A stretch of DNA of 64,000 nucleotides from Balanoglossus misakiensis (GCA_040954595.2 CM082578.2:2152831-2216830), one strand, 5' to 3'; numbered from the stretch's first letter, positions 35,911 to 50,444 are shown. Numbers and translations are program-made. Notes: generated by a model not told the origin, from the sequence alone.

Positions 35911-36624
35911 ATATATATATATATATATATATATATAATTCACATTCATATAGATAAATACAATAAATAAATAAATAAATTAATAAATAAACAAGTCATT
36001 CAAAATATTTATTCTGTGAGTTTCTTCAAATCTTTTCTGTTACATATTTAAGATTTGTTAAATTTTCTCAAATCAATAAAATCAATGAAATATTGCCCAA
36101 TTTTAGCTTATTTTAGTGAGAGCTGCATGAGTGGATGAGTACAACAATAAAAACATGATGGCATAGCATCAGAAACAAGTATACACTAACAGAACTGGTC
36201 AAACATACACTTTGAACGGAATGCATTTCATCACTTCACATCATGTCTCCATTTTGACAATTATGTTTCAGAGAAGGTAACAACCTTCACAAGAATGCAC
36301 TTCAATAGTAGAACTACAACAATAATTTTTTTTTTAAGATAACATTGTCCATGACAATGAAAAGTCCAATATTCATAAACAATGTGAGCTAACAATTTCA
36401 GGTCTTGTCCCTTTTAAACTTGGCTGGGACTTGACTAACACAGTCAAAATAAGGAAAACTATTTTCTCACAAATAAATGATTAACCTTGAAATAATTACA
36501 TATTTAATTCAAAATGAATGAATTACTTAAATTATTAAATCAATTTATTATTGAATTAACTCTTAAATATTTAAATAATTTTATTTTGGCAGTGATCTCA
36601 CCACATTAGTGTGTGCCTTTATCT

Positions 36625-38728
36625 CTATTTATTAACTGATTTTTCATTGAGATCAAGCATTCTGTCCATTCGTTGCATTTTTTGGTTATGTTGTTGTTGC
36701 ATCAGAGACAAAAGCTCATCATTCTTCTCTTCCATTTTGGACACCACAGTAAACAGTCTATCTTGCACAGACATCCTGTCCATTCTAGTTTTTCGTTTTT
36801 TTTTACTGGGTTGGTCTGGGTTAGGGCTTGCTTCTGGAATAGTGCCACTGCCACTGGAGTCACTGCTTAATGCATCAGAGTCAATAGTTACAGTTGGATT
36901 AGTCCCCTCTCTGTGCCCATACAAATCGCTAAATCTCTCATAGTGACTGCATGTTCTTGTCTGTGTACCAGTTTGTTTTCTGCCATCGACAACTTCCATG
37001 AAGGCTTTTTTCAGATTCTTCCACTTGTCTTTGGCTTGGGTCTTCGAGATTATCACATCATGTTTGGCCATATCAGATACTACACTTTGCCTAAAAGAAT
37101 CATGTCTTATAGCACTTTTAAATTTATCATCAAGATCTGCTCTCAGTGATACAAGCAGAGTCTCTTCTCTCTCCGTCCATATGTGGATCTTGTCATGGCT
37201 ACTTGCACTGCTTGTAGGAGGGGAAGTCAGTTTTGGCTTGGTTACATCTACCTCATTTTCTTTCTGTTGACTGCTGAGTTGTTTTTCTGTTGGCCGTGTA
37301 TCTGGTTTTTCAGACTCTTGTTCTCTCTGTTTGGTTTCACTTTGCATTTGTTGTTCCCTTGGTTCTTGTTCACTTTGACTATCTTTACTTCTTATTAATT
37401 GGTTGATAATTGCCTGCTTTGTGTTAGCATCTGAAAAAAAGTAAAGGGTTAACAGCTAATGTTGATTATTGGCAACACAATTATTATTTGGGGGGATGAG
37501 GGTGGAACAGCACATTTTTTCCATTGGCCCAAGCAAAGCAAGGTAAGGTCAGTCGAAGGGCAACAATTGTCACGTAAACCACTATAGACATAAATGGTAT
37601 GGAAGAGCTACACAGCATAACAACAGATATCAAGTGCAAAGGTCTTTTTTATGGTAGCAGTATCAATATTTGGAGTGAAAATCAAAAATCATTTATCGTC
37701 AAAAAACCCCAAATTGTATGTTTTCTACCAATATTTGAAACCTTTTTGTGGCCACACTTGTGGGAGAACTTTGGCTTGAGTAAATTTTAATTTAAAATAA
37801 TGTTAAAAAAATGATTTAAAAAGATACAGCTAATGCCAGAGAAAAAATCTTGTTTCTCAAATTTTTCAGGTCAACCTTTAGAAGCGATAAACAATTTTTT
37901 TTTTCCAAACCAACATACACATATATAGACTGATGCTTGACAATCCCATAAGCTTCTATAGATTATGATCTATCATACACTAATAAAAAAACAATAACAA
38001 TTCTCATTAAATACAAATAAATAACAATTAAAAATATTCACATTGTTTTTCCTGAATGTCACAGATTAGAAAGCAATCTTTCATTTCCATTCATACTGAT
38101 GTACACGGTATCCATACTTACCCAGTGTTGTTGAGGTTATCAGATCTGCAATCTCTTTTTCCACTCTAACGGATCTACTTTCACTGGAATTTGGTTTCAA
38201 TATCCTAATTTCAACTCTGTGAAATAAAGAAATTTATTTAGAATGAAATGTCAAATAATGATAAGAAAGGTGGTTTCTTTTTTGTCCCAAATTCCGCAAG
38301 ACAAATATCAGTAAGGACGGATTGCGCCCCATAGTTTAAAATACTATATATTAAAATAAATATACATGTATTCCATCGAGATGTAGTGATTGTTATCATT
38401 TCAGGGGTGTTGGTCACCCCTTGAGGAATTGCATGCTAAAAGAGATAATCCCCCATCGCCCTGTCAGATGAATAATGAAACACTACAATTTATGATTTTT
38501 GGGGACGAAGGGCCTAATTTGTATTGTAATAACACAGTACAGGCGTCTGGTCTATTTTACCGAAATCAATACAACTATCGCATAGAATACTTCAAAGCTC
38601 CATGTCAAACCCTGTGACTGGTCAAACTTTTAATTACGTTTTGGAAAAAAACTTTCATAAAACTTTTTTTATGGTAAAAAGAAAAATAACAATAAAAGTC
38701 TGTGTACTTACGTCTGCTTGGCGGCCAT
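36625..38728 (-). CDS. Myb/SANT-like (trihelix) DNA-binding protein, PIF/Harbinger accessory-ORF type; 3 exons
   Basis: Exons 38728-38712 (MAAKQT), 38216-38122 and 37430-36625 join in frame. 'WTEREETLLV..QAKDKWKNLKKAF..CSHYERF', NLS-like KKKRK and a C-terminal coiled coil. Confidence 0.8.
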
Positions 38729-38930
38729 TTTGGCGAGCTCCTACCCTAGTATAGTCTCGGTTACCCAGACGCCTTTGCTTCTTCCGATGCTCTCCAGAAA
38801 AAGGGTCTGGGGAAATGCTATTGAAAGCTTTGTAAAACAAAATGGCCGATGTCAGGATTTTGATCATCGCCTGATTGGCTGAGCTGTCAGTATGACCTAG
38901 TATGACCCGGGTCACTGCAACTCGACCAAA

Positions 38931-41900
38931 ATGGCGGTGCAACATGTGTTAAGTGACTCTCGACAATGTGTGAGTTGTTGTCTCGTCATATCAAGAGACC
39001 GGTACTTGCTGGTTGATGCGAAAGGCAACAGGCGTCCTCTGCTAGCGTTGGTGGAGAAATTATACGGAATATCTTTGGTAGACGATAGTCGGAACTATTG
39101 TTCATATGTTTGCCGTACATGCAAACGGAAGATAGAAAGATGGGAACAGACTGTTAATACTGCCAATAAGATCAAGGAGAGTATTATGGAAAGATCGCAA
39201 CAAATTAAGAGAGTGACTGGAAAAAAGAGGCCGTTTCCATGCACACCAAATGCGGTATGTTTTGTTTGTTACTTCATTCAGCTATTGATAGTAATCACTG
39301 ACTGCCAACCGCATAATCTTTTAATGTAAAACAAAACTAAACAGTGGCAACTAAACTCCATTCAAAGAAATGGTTTAGCAGAGATCGAACCACATTTTTT
39401 TATGTTACACTGTCTACAGAGGGAAAAACTGACGGAAAATCAAGCCAAATCACGTATCCTATTGTCTTCAGAGTATGTGTTCATTCAGAGATAACTTACT
39501 CTATGTTTATGGATCCATTCTAGAACTCTAAAGTAACACCTTCCCGTATCACCCCAAGACAAGACATGAAGCGAGCGAAAACAGGCACCACAACTCCCAA
39601 AGTATGTACAATTTCTGTAAACTTTGATTTTCAAGGCCACTTACAGACAATTCAGTTTTTTGACATTGCTGTGTCATTATGTGATATACACTTGTGATTC
39701 TGATGTGTCTGGTTGTAACATTATCTGTATACTCTAGTATTACATGTAGTAATCACTCATCTTTTCATAAAGAATTGCCTGAAGTGACATCACTCAAATT
39801 CTATGTTAGATGTTATTTTGGACATTGCCTTACTACTATCACTTTGAAGGTTCCAGCTTCTGAATTTTAACTGAAATTGTGAAAAATTGTGATCATAACA
39901 ATTTTAGTCATATTGATTTAACTTTTAATGTGATAGAATCTTATAGATTTTTTTTAAAAATTGATACAGGTAATAAAAACCCCAACGCTTATTCCAAAGC
40001 CTGATGTATCCTGTGGTACACCAAGGCAGTGTTATACATGGAAACCATCATCTCAGGTATGTTATTTTTAGGACTATGGTATTAGGTGATGTGATGTCAG
40101 ACACACACACGTCAGTGTATAAAACCTGTCAGTTAAGGATGTACGTTCAGTAAAATTGAAAGTATTGTCATTTTTTTTAATTGTGGATTTTTGGATTTTC
40201 CTTTGTATGTATAATGAAAATCCGTAATAAAATATAGGGGTCACCGCGCTTGTTTTTGAAATACAGAGCCATGAATTTAGTCGAAAAAAGAAGAAAACCG
40301 ATGACTCAGCATTTTTCACCAATGGTTTGTCTATGGGCAAAATTTTTGACGCAATTTATCTCAAAATAGAGCGCGGTGACCCCTATATTTTATTTGACCA
40401 ATGAATTTATATTTGCTGAACTGAGCTTTGTGTGAAATTTCGTGAAAATGACAATAGTAGAAGTTTGTTTTCTAGCAATTTTCAATGTAATCCTATGGGA
40501 AAAAGACCGGGCGCGCGCTGTTTCCGGTTTATGTTCTGCGCGTACATCCTTAATCCCCACTTCTAAAAGAGGTAGTTCAATAGCCGAATGAAGATGTTTC
40601 AGAAACGTGAAATCTGTACACAGCACAAGTTCATTTCAATCACACCCACAACATAAACACTTTCATTACAACCCACTCGCAAAAATCTATCATATTTTTA
40701 TTTATTTTTGCAGGAAAAAACAGAGAAAGTAAGCACAGTTAAGCAGAGAAATGAGCTATCATCAAGGAAGAGGTTGCAGTTCACATCAAATGCAGCTGTG
40801 AAGAACAGTCAAAGAGTGACACGAAAACAGACGTTTACCTTTCGTACATCTACATGTAATGGTGCAACTACTCTCAGGCAGGTTATGAAGGCATTATGCA
40901 ATGGGACGGTGCAAAAGGCTGTTCAGATGCTCCTAACTTCTGATGTGTCGTTTATACGTAATGGTAGTCTAGAAGGTCTAGCTGCTGCAGCCAAACTGGA
41001 AGGAAAGAAGCATACCAAGACTTTGTGCTCTCTGAAAAATACACGTACTCTGACAAAAAAAGCTGTGCTCGATGAAGTCAAGACAAAATTACCAATTCTG
41101 TGGACAGCTTTATCCTCATTCTGTGGGAAAAGTAATGAATTGGGAGAAAACCATTTATTAATGGCGCTGTCAGTAATAATACATGGTAGAAATAGAAATT
41201 TTAATGGACTGCAACACCTCATCAGTCTCGCTATGTACCAAAGTCAACTTCAAAAAGAAGGGTATGAAATCCTCAGTAAACTTGGTGTTACCATGTCGTA
41301 CAGAACGGTGTTAAACCAACTAGACAAGGCAGCTTTGAAGGTGGACGAAACCATGAAGAGTTGGAAGGAATCAGTGGAAAATCAAGATAGGGTAAGGGAT
41401 ATTTTGATTTTAATCTGTCAAGAGGAATGTTCAGTAAATGGGTTCAAGAGATTTTGGACAACATTATGTGTTAAATACATGTATGGCTAGGAAATCAAGA
41501 TAGAGTACAGTGTACATGTTTAGATGGGTTATAATTCACACTTAACCCTTTCAACACCATTTACCTGTGTAGAGGTCCAGTTTTACCAGAGAAAACAATG
41601 GACTTGGACCAAACCATGGTGGTGAAATGGTCAATAAATGTTACATAATTATAGTTATTCAGCAATATGACATTTATCCTGTTACCAAATCTTTCTTGTA
41701 GGTTAATCAGTTTAACCAAGAGAGCACTGAGGATGTTGCTGTGCATGTTGATCATCCTTATCATATGGTTGACCCTGGAAATGAAAACTACCGGTGGATC
41801 AAGCAGATCATACATACTGTTCAACACAGGAACAAAGTCATCAGAGATCTAGAAGCGAATCAAATGCATATCGATTTAACATTGATAACCTGGATTATGA

Positions 41901-44900
41901 AGTCAGAGTGCGAAATATGACATCGGAACACCAGAATAGGTCTAAGCATTATGTTCAGGTAATTCCATTTTCTGGTATATTTTTATGTGTCTTTGTATTT
42001 TTTATCTTGTCAGTGTCTTGCTAGAATTAAAAAGAATGACTGTAGATGGCATAAGTATTGAATCTTTTCATGCATGTAAAACAAAATTACTATCAAAAAA
42101 CTTTACCGGCTGATGTTATTCATTTTATTTCAGTGAAAAGTAGGTCACTGTGGTGAAATAACCTTTTGATTTGGTACATGTGTATGATTATATAGGAATC
42201 TGTTGCCATAACTAATTTGTGCTGGTCTCATAGATTTTAATAATCTTGTGTAGCCATGCTGTGCAATGTTAAATCTGCAATAGTTACATGTCTCACATAG
42301 CATTGTATTTTTCTTGTCTGCTGTGACTGTCATTAAGGCAATGTGTGTTAAAGACAGAATCTGTTGTGAATCTTTGCCAAATGATCAACCAATTGGTGAC
42401 CTTAGAAACCTGCAAATCAGTGACTTCATTCCATCAGTTGAGGATAATTACAGCATAAGAAATGACATGATCCATGCTGTGTCACTTATTGCCATCAAAT
42501 ACATGAAAGGCTTCAAGGTATTTGAAGGTGTTATACCAAGTCATTTCAGGCATAAGTATACAGACCAAATGAAAGAAAAGTCTGCTGTGGTAAGAATATA
42601 GCAAAATAGAAAACTGGGACCAATGTCGAGGTTAATGCATGTTAGCCTTTTACCTGCATGTTGCTGATTTATTTCGATTTTTCAGTGCACGATTTGTTAT
42701 AACTAAACTACTAATATGTATGTTATGTTATTCTCGGTCTTTACAAAGCAATGTTATCCACACTCAAGGTTATAGCTATGGTTGACCCAAAGTTTGTGTC
42801 GACTTTGTGCAGTTGTCTAGTTACAGAAGTGGGTGTTTTGAAATAGTGTTTTCCTGTAAGTTACCCAAGAAAGCCTGACCAGTGTGATATTTTTCATAGT
42901 CAAGAGAACGATTCTGTTAATGTTATGATTACTGTTGTGAAGACTGAAGAGATTGACCCTGTTTAGTTTTTTGATTTGACAAGTAATTTTATGCAAAATG
43001 CACAATTTGGAAGAAAAAAAAATAGCATGAAACTTTCAGAATTCAGAAATGAACTTTAAAATAATTATTCTGTTGGAATTGAACATTCATTTCTATGTGA
43101 TGCTACTTCTTCAACAACCATAAGAAAACCTTGAATATGAGCTTCAGTGCTGTTGTTATTATTATGTTCAATTAACAAGTTTTTATTCACTGACTTTGTT
43201 ATTTGTAGATGATAATATAAATCATGTTCCACATATCTATGAAAATGTTTTACATTCAAATAAAGCCTCTCCATCAGTGGTAAGGAGGTTTCTTTCTTAT
43301 ATTCATGCAATGCATTTTATTGATTATCGTTATGACATTACAAGTAGTTTTACCTTAGGTATTTTATTACTGTTTTAGCATGTAGTTATGTTTTTTAGCT
43401 GTAAACTTGAATATTTTGGGCATAAACTTGTGTTATTCATGCAAAGTATTAGGGCCCTTAAAGTTAGGCCAAAATAAAAATATGTGCTGTTCCGATTACT
43501 CGACATACCCTAATTCTAACCCGTCGACTGTAAACTTTTTAGAGCTACGTAAACCCAGAAGTAAAAATAACAATGTCAAATATACATAATTTATGCAAAT
43601 TGTGCGAATCATGCAAGAACTAGAATGTCATTCTTCTACACTACGACGGCCAGCGAAATAAAATAAATTTGCAAAATAAAAAAATTTCCCTACCTTACCT
43701 ACCCTATTTTCGCACATATTTTTTTTGGCCTTAACTAATGTTTTTTTTCACTCTGATCAGAGGGAGGTTGTTAATTTTGTTTTCAACTGTTCTTATTTAA
43801 GCTGCCGTTGGGAATCCTTGAAAAAAATGAAAATATAACTAATGACATCATTGATGTAATGGAGTACCTGCAAAAACTGGTCCCAGGAACACGCACCGAA
43901 GTAGAAGTAGAGGAAATATATGGCAGGTAATTTAATGCTGGCCGTTTGCCATATTAAAGTTGCATTTACATTTCATTTTTTTCAGCTAGTCTTGTAAGAA
44001 TCACTTGTTTTTGCTCCTCTTCAGGAGCTGATGCTGTAGTGCTGAGTGTGTGTCAACATGCTGAGACTTGAGTATCTTGTAAATAATATACAAATTGTCT
44101 TTTATTATACCTTTAGAGAGGAGAGGTCAGAAAATCTGAGACCAATACCTCTAGGTGGGGATCAACTGACAGCGGAGAGAGTAAGAGGAGCCCATATGGC
44201 TCGTCTTGATGGTGAAACGCCAGAGGAAAGAATGGAAGGTGTTTTTGCGATGATGGAAGATTTCCATGAAAAAATGAATTTCTTGCAGGTAAACATATCA
44301 AAGATTTTGACATCTTACTGTGTAGGACAAATTTAAATTTTTAATCCTGTGAACATTGTCATATTGAAACCTGCATGGAAACTACATTCAAATTGAAACA
44401 TGAACAATGCATATAGAGGGTGTGGGACATATCACAGTCTTTAGTCAACATTATATAGATCATTACATTTATATCTGAGAAATTTTACGAAAACTAATAT
44501 GCCTGAATGGATGTAATGCAGCACATATTTTTAATTTGAGATGAAAGGTTAAAAAAACATGGTAGTTTTATCAAAACTTGTGTGAACTTCAGCCTGAACT
44601 GCTGTAGACTTCATACCCAGTGATATTGGAATATATCTCCCTTTTCAAGAGATCAGTACAATGCAACACTCAGATAAAGAGCAATGATTACATGACTATT
44701 ACACGCATATGATTTAAATGTTTTTATCCAAATGATCCACCTTTAATACAGCTGAAATCTTAAAACATCTTATTTCTCTAAAGGCTGTAATGGATAAACT
44801 GTATACCATGGCAAGTGCAAGAGATGGTGGTTATACTCTCAGCCAGTTGAGAAATCTCATTAACAGACGGAACGTTGTTGGGAAAGTGACGCAAGACTAC

Positions 44901-45811
44901 CATGCTGTGGGTGAATTTTTCGACCTTGTGACTGATGTTCACATCTTAGTAGCAATAACTGAGTACTTGAACATTGAAAACTTGGATAGCAATATTGATG
45001 TATTCCCAAGAGAAACGCACCTGTATCCAAATGAAAGAAAACATGCTGTGTTGAAAAATCTCATCGGATGTATTGTTGACAAGTTTGTCCTAAACCCAAT
45101 GAAGAAAACTTGCAGTCTATTGAGGAAAACACTGGAGGTGGTCAAGTAGTTGAGCAGGACCATGTGTACAATTATGCTACAGCCATTCTCAAGTACGGCC
45201 TATTGAGACGTATTTCCGTCATGACCACAGCAGCAGGAGATGGAGAGAGATGTTTGAGGAATTGGAGATACGCTATGCTTGTCTATCATTCCAGTCACAA
45301 GGTCAAGTATAGACTTGAGGCTTTTCTTCTCCAGGCAAGTACCAAAGCGTTGTTGTCACCACGGCTGAGTCATCAAATAACCTGGAATAGGTTCATAAAC
45401 CTATCGGGAGGAGAAGGAAATAATTTGGACGGAGACTATGTCATGGAACTCCTAAATAGACTCGCTAAGAAAAGAATAAAGACACTGGGACCAAATCACA
45501 CAAGTGCAGCTGTTGCCAGAATTGGAAAGACTCTGATGTACTGTGATGACATTGAGAAGCATTTGCTTCAGGAATTCGGTGTTGCATTTCAGTCTAGAGC
45601 ACACACAAAGGCTAGTGTTAATAGTGATATCAGAAAGATGTATGAGGAGCTGAAACATAAGTCATCTGTATTTAAATGGAATGCAGGGAGGGCACATGGT
45701 CATTTCCCAAACTTTAATGCTGACATTTTCTCTAATATTGATCCAAAAGACTTACACAGGTGGATAAACGGGAAGAAAAAAGAATATTCAACTGGTAAAT
45801 GGGCATTCTAA
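38931..45811 (+). CDS. Academ transposase (multi-exon), N-terminal Cys-rich finger; one frameshift near 45097
   Basis: Approximate exons 38931-39254, 39523-39601, 39971-40056, 40714-41391, 41702-41958, 42338-42589, 43802-43927, 44117-44288, 44784-45811. Motifs 'LSKLGVTMSY', 'IDNLD', 'LGGDQLTAERVRGA', 'EDFH', 'WNRFIN..GNNLDGDYVMELLN'. Confidence 0.85.
40137..40549. mobile_element. TTAA-flanked MITE (Kolobok-like) nested in an Academ intron; fragments also at ~160-310 and 12505-12830
   Basis: ttaa|ggatgtacg ... cgtacatcc|ttaa. Confidence 0.75.
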
Positions 45812-45896
45812 AGAAAAGCACTCTGTTGCAATGAGATGTCTTGAATTGTACCCAAATCTTGAGTATACCTGCCCACGGCAAGGGTTATTGCTTTAA

Positions 45897-46241
45897 AGGG
45901 ACAAAGTCTCTCTCTCCCGGGCCTTTTTCCATTAATTATATTTGATACAAGACACCATTTATGTTATTCTACAAGTGGATATATAGAGAATCCACATTCA
46001 ACGACACACAACTTCCATCCCGTTTGTAGGATATGAGAATAAAAATCCTGCCAAAATGAATAAATGGTAAACACCGATTATTCATTTTGGCGAGTTTTTC
46101 ACTCTCCTGTCTACAAGTTGGATGGATGTTGTGTGTGGTTGAAGGTTGATTCACTTCATATCCACATGTAGAATAACATAAATGGTGTCTTGTATCAAAT
46201 ATAATTAATGGAAAAAGGGCAGCGAAAGAGACTTTGTCCCT
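45897..46241. mobile_element. TTAA-flanked MITE (Kolobok-like); relatives at ~3420-3585 and 15236-15548
   Basis: ttaa|agggacaaagtctc ... agactttgtccct|ttaa, with internal inverted 'tatccacatgtagaataaca' blocks. Confidence 0.75.
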
Positions 46242-46562
46242 TTAATGAATATTTTCCTTTTCTTCAAAAATTTGCTTTCATCTGTAAGCTTAGGGTGATA
46301 ATTTTTAGCTCAAATTTGATATACATGTGAGGTTATATAAGCTGAAGTGGATGGCATCTGTATGTATGTATATAAAGTAAGGGTAGGTGGAGAAACGGTA
46401 AGCATAATCTCTATGTTTCGTGTGTCAGTGAGATGAGCGAGTATAGTGACTCACGAAACATAATTGTGTGTAAACCAATCAGCAACTCTTTTATTACGAT
46501 ACTGGAGGCCACCAGCCCAAAAGTATAATCATCAATCATAAAATGAACAAATAGATAAATAA

Positions 46563-47640
46563 CACTGTATGTAAGAGAACACATAGAAGTTCTCATGATA
46601 CTCATTCAAATGTACAGGTCATTATACACTGTAAGAAAGCACATAGAAGTTCTCATGATACTCATTCAAATGTACAGGTCATTATACACTGTAAGAGAAC
46701 ACATAGAAGTTCTCATGATACTCATTCAAATGTACAGGTCATTATACACTGTAAGAGAACACATAGAAGTTCTCATGATACTCATTCAAATGTACAGGTC
46801 ATTACACACTGTAAGAGAACACATAGAAGTTCTCATGATACTCATTCAAATGTACAGGTCATTATACACTGTAAGAGAACACATAGAAGTTCTCATGATA
46901 CTCATTCAAATGTACAGGTCATTATACACTGTAAGAGAACACATAGAAGTTCTCATGATACTCATTCAAATGTACAGGTCATTACACACTGTAAGAGAAC
47001 ACATAGAAGTTCTCATGATACTCATTCAAATGTACAGGTCATTACACACTGTAAGAGAACACATAGAAGTTCTCATGATACTCATTCAAATGTACAGGTC
47101 ATTATACACTGTAAGAGAACACATAGAAGTTCTCATGATACTCATTCAAATGTACAGGTCATTATACACTGTAAGAGAACACATAGAAGTTCTCATGAAA
47201 CTCATTCAAATGTACAGGTCATTATACACTGTAAGACAGCACATAGAAGTTCTCATGATACTCATTCAAATGTACAGGTCATTATACACTGTAAGAGAAC
47301 ACATAGAAGTTCTCATGATACTCATTCAAATGTACAGGTCATTATACACTGTAAGAGAACACATAGAAGTTCTCATGATACTCATTCAAATGTACAGGTC
47401 ATTATACACTGTAAGACAGCACATAGAAGTTCTCATGATACTCATTCAAATGTACAGGTCATTATACACTGTAAGAGAACACATAGAAGTTCTCATGATA
47501 CTCATTCAAATGTACAGGTCATTATACACTGTAAGAGAACACATAGAAGTTCTCATGATACTCATTCAAATGTACAGGTCATTACACACTGTAAGAGAAC
47601 ACATAGAAGTTCTCATGCATTCAAATGTACAGGTCATTAT
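46563..47640. repeat. 60-bp minisatellite, about 18 copies
   Basis: Unit 'attatacactgtaagagaacacatagaagttctcatgatactcattcaaatgtacaggtc' repeats on every 60-bp line. Confidence 0.97.
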
Positions 47641-47651
47641 ACCCAACAGTT

Positions 47652-50265
47652 TCACTCCAATTTATCATTGATAATTTTCCACACTTCTGAGGCAATGTGC
47701 GAGTCAAACACAAACTCTGTAAGAATGTCATCCTCACAATGAATGTATGGAATATTGCCTACTATGTCAGAAATAACAGCATCTGTTAACCCAGTCATTA
47801 CGATTGCTGAAATTAAACCCCCGGACATTGAATCTCTATATGTTGTCAAGTCTTGTTTGATTATCTGTTTTTGTTCTTCAGTAACATAATTAGTTAGGCA
47901 GTCCTGCTGTTCAGCATCTTTAGCAGCTGCACCCAGTTCCTCATCAGTAAGCCTCACTGGGATCAAACCAGGATGTATAGGGCATTCCCCACATTCACAT
48001 CGTCCATAGCAAATGTTACAACATAGATGGCCCTGAGAAACATTAATTTGTGTGTTTTGTCCAAAATGTTTCAAAAGGATATCTCTTCGACATCTGTCAT
48101 CTGACATGCAAAATTCTCTCATTTGGCTATCAGTGGCAACTCTGCTCACATCTCTTGGATGATAGTAGACAGTAGAAAATGCCTGTGTCCCATCCCTTCC
48201 TGCCCTGCCTGATTCCTGTACAAAGCCTTCAAAGGATCTGGAAGCTCCCCAATGAATGATCATGTGGACATCCGGGGCATCCACTCCCATACCGAATGCA
48301 ATAGTAGCTATTATGACTCTCAACTTGGATTCAGTCTTGCTGAATGATTTTTCAATGAATCTTTTATTTTTCACTGGGGTGGAGTGGTGGTACATTGTAA
48401 CCAGTGCATTCCGAATCGTTGGTGCCCCAATCCATGATTCATCATTTAATTCACTGATGAAATACTTGTACAAATGTGCACAAGATTTGATATTTCGGCA
48501 GTAAATTATGTGTTTCTTAGTTTCTGCCTTCATGCATCTCAGAGAATCAGCAAGCCAAGAGAATGTGTCAGCAATTGATGGTGGAGCCTGTATTGTTTGG
48601 TAGAATATATTGTGGCGGTCAAGATCACATGTCACCAGCTCACATTTTTCCATGCATAGGATTTTCTTTATTTCAGATCTCATCTCTGGAGTTGCAGTTG
48701 CAGTGAGTGCTACCATGCTAGCCCTTGGAAGAAGACTCCGTAGTTCACCGATGCGAGCATAGTCTTTTCGAAAATCTTTACCCCTGAACAATTGAAAATA
48801 ACAATAGACATGTCAACATTTTTAAGAGTGGGAGATCATAAAAGCTGTGTGTGTATTCATGTCTATTTCAGCACCAGTTCATTTTAAAATTGAAGCATGT
48901 TTTCTTTTTTACATTTTGCTTAATATGATGATTATCATTGCCAGTTCTCATGCAACATATTTTTATTTGCCATTTGGAGATTTAAGCATTATACAATATT
49001 TCTATAAAATACTGAAAATCTCCTGATGACAACGACATTCCTCACTCAAACATTCATGTGATAAAAACTTGGAAGCAAAACTTTATAATTTATACTTAAT
49101 GTATGTTCACACACATGTAGATATATATTTTTATATACACGGTATTGGTTATATACACATACCACTGAACAACACAGTGTGCTTCATCAACAACAATGGA
49201 ATGAATGGTGTCTCTGTACTTTGCTTGGCCTAGATGATTTCTCCAATTACCACTAAATAGAGCTTCTGGACTGAGCAGCATGATGTCACAATCTCTATTT
49301 GTAAAAGAAAAATATGTGATGCTATTAATAATATACTCATATGGGATGCATGAAAACACTTATTAAGAGATGATATTTCACATAAGTAATTGCAGTTCAG
49401 TTTCTATGAAGTACATCAATGTAGTACATGTACGTACTTAATTAACATAGTGTCATATAAGTCATGCTAATAGATTGGTATGGTGGATAGATAATGTGGT
49501 TGCAGCATTCTCCAAAATAGGTGAGATGTTTCACTTGACATTACATTTTACAAATCTAAATATGAAATCATACATGAGCATAATGTAACAAACCTGTACT
49601 ATAGCCTTGTTGTTCGCTCAGCTGTACTGCACTAACTCCCATCATGTTGAGACGCTGCACCTGGTCAGCCATAAGGGACACCAGTGGAGATATCACTAGC
49701 ACTTTATGATTCATCGGAGGGTTGTGGTATTCTTTAAGTATGTTTGGTAACAATGCATATATTATTGTTTTCCCATAGCCGGTAGGCAATACTGCCATGA
49801 CATCATTACCATTCACAAGTTGCCTTAAGCACTCAACTTGTCCATCCTGATTGAAAATACATTAAAAAAACAAGGTTTTATAGGCCCTAATATGACAGCA
49901 CAACATTAATAAAAATTAATCAATGTACTCACGAAAAATAATCATTCAATTTTAAACATCAAACGTCCAACACTGAAAAATACTGGCATGAAATAACTTA
50001 AAGGGTCACATTGAAGAATACTTAAATAACCCTGAACAGCACGTGCAGTGTCAGAAATTCTCTGCCGTGCAACTGAGTTCAATTGTGATAGGATGAAATA
50101 ATCTAGCAAACGAGTATTTTGAGAAATTAAACTATACCTAACAGATCAAGAAATTCCTACCTTTAACTTGTATGATATATCGTACAAGGTTAAAGATGCT
50201 TCAATTGCAGCGTTCAATCGGTCTCCATCGATGGATGTCGCCGAGGTTTTGCTGGATGTCGCCAT
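47652..50265 (-). CDS. RecQ-like DEAH helicase of AcademH
   Basis: Exons 50265-50161, 49846-49594, ~49292-49163 and 48783-47652. Motifs 'LPTGYGKT', 'ISPLVSLMADQV', 'VDEAHCVVQWGKDFR', 'ALTATAT', 'ATIAFGMGVD', 'QESGRAGRDG', RQC-like 'CRR..CCNIC'. Confidence 0.92.
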
Positions 50266-50444
50266 TTTGGTCGAGTTGCAGTGACCCGGGTCATACTAGG
50301 TCATACTGACAGCTCAGCCAATCAGGCGATGATCAAAATCCTGACATCGGCCATTTTGTTTTACAAAGCTTTCAATAGCATTTCCCCAGACCCTTTTTCT
50401 GGAGAGCATCGGAAGAAGCAAAGGCGTCTGGGTAACCGAGACTA

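Larger units (their letters stand above)
38752..50444. mobile_element. AcademH-type DNA transposon (transposase + RecQ-like helicase), 11.7 kb
   Basis: 185-bp TIRs 38752-38936 and 50260-50444 (TAGTCTCGGTTACCCAGACG...), no mismatch seen, enclosing convergent transposase and SF2 helicase genes. No TSD. Confidence 0.92.

Noticed and set aside
46595-47671. 358-aa repetitive ORF, or a CRISPR-like array
   Set aside because: It is a 60-bp tandem repeat without unique spacers; the open frame follows from the unit length being a multiple of three, and the context is eukaryotic with no cas genes.
47652-50265. Host RecQ gene (BLM/WRN/RECQL)
   Set aside because: Enclosed by TIRs together with an Academ transposase, so it is the AcademH helicase and not a host orthologue.
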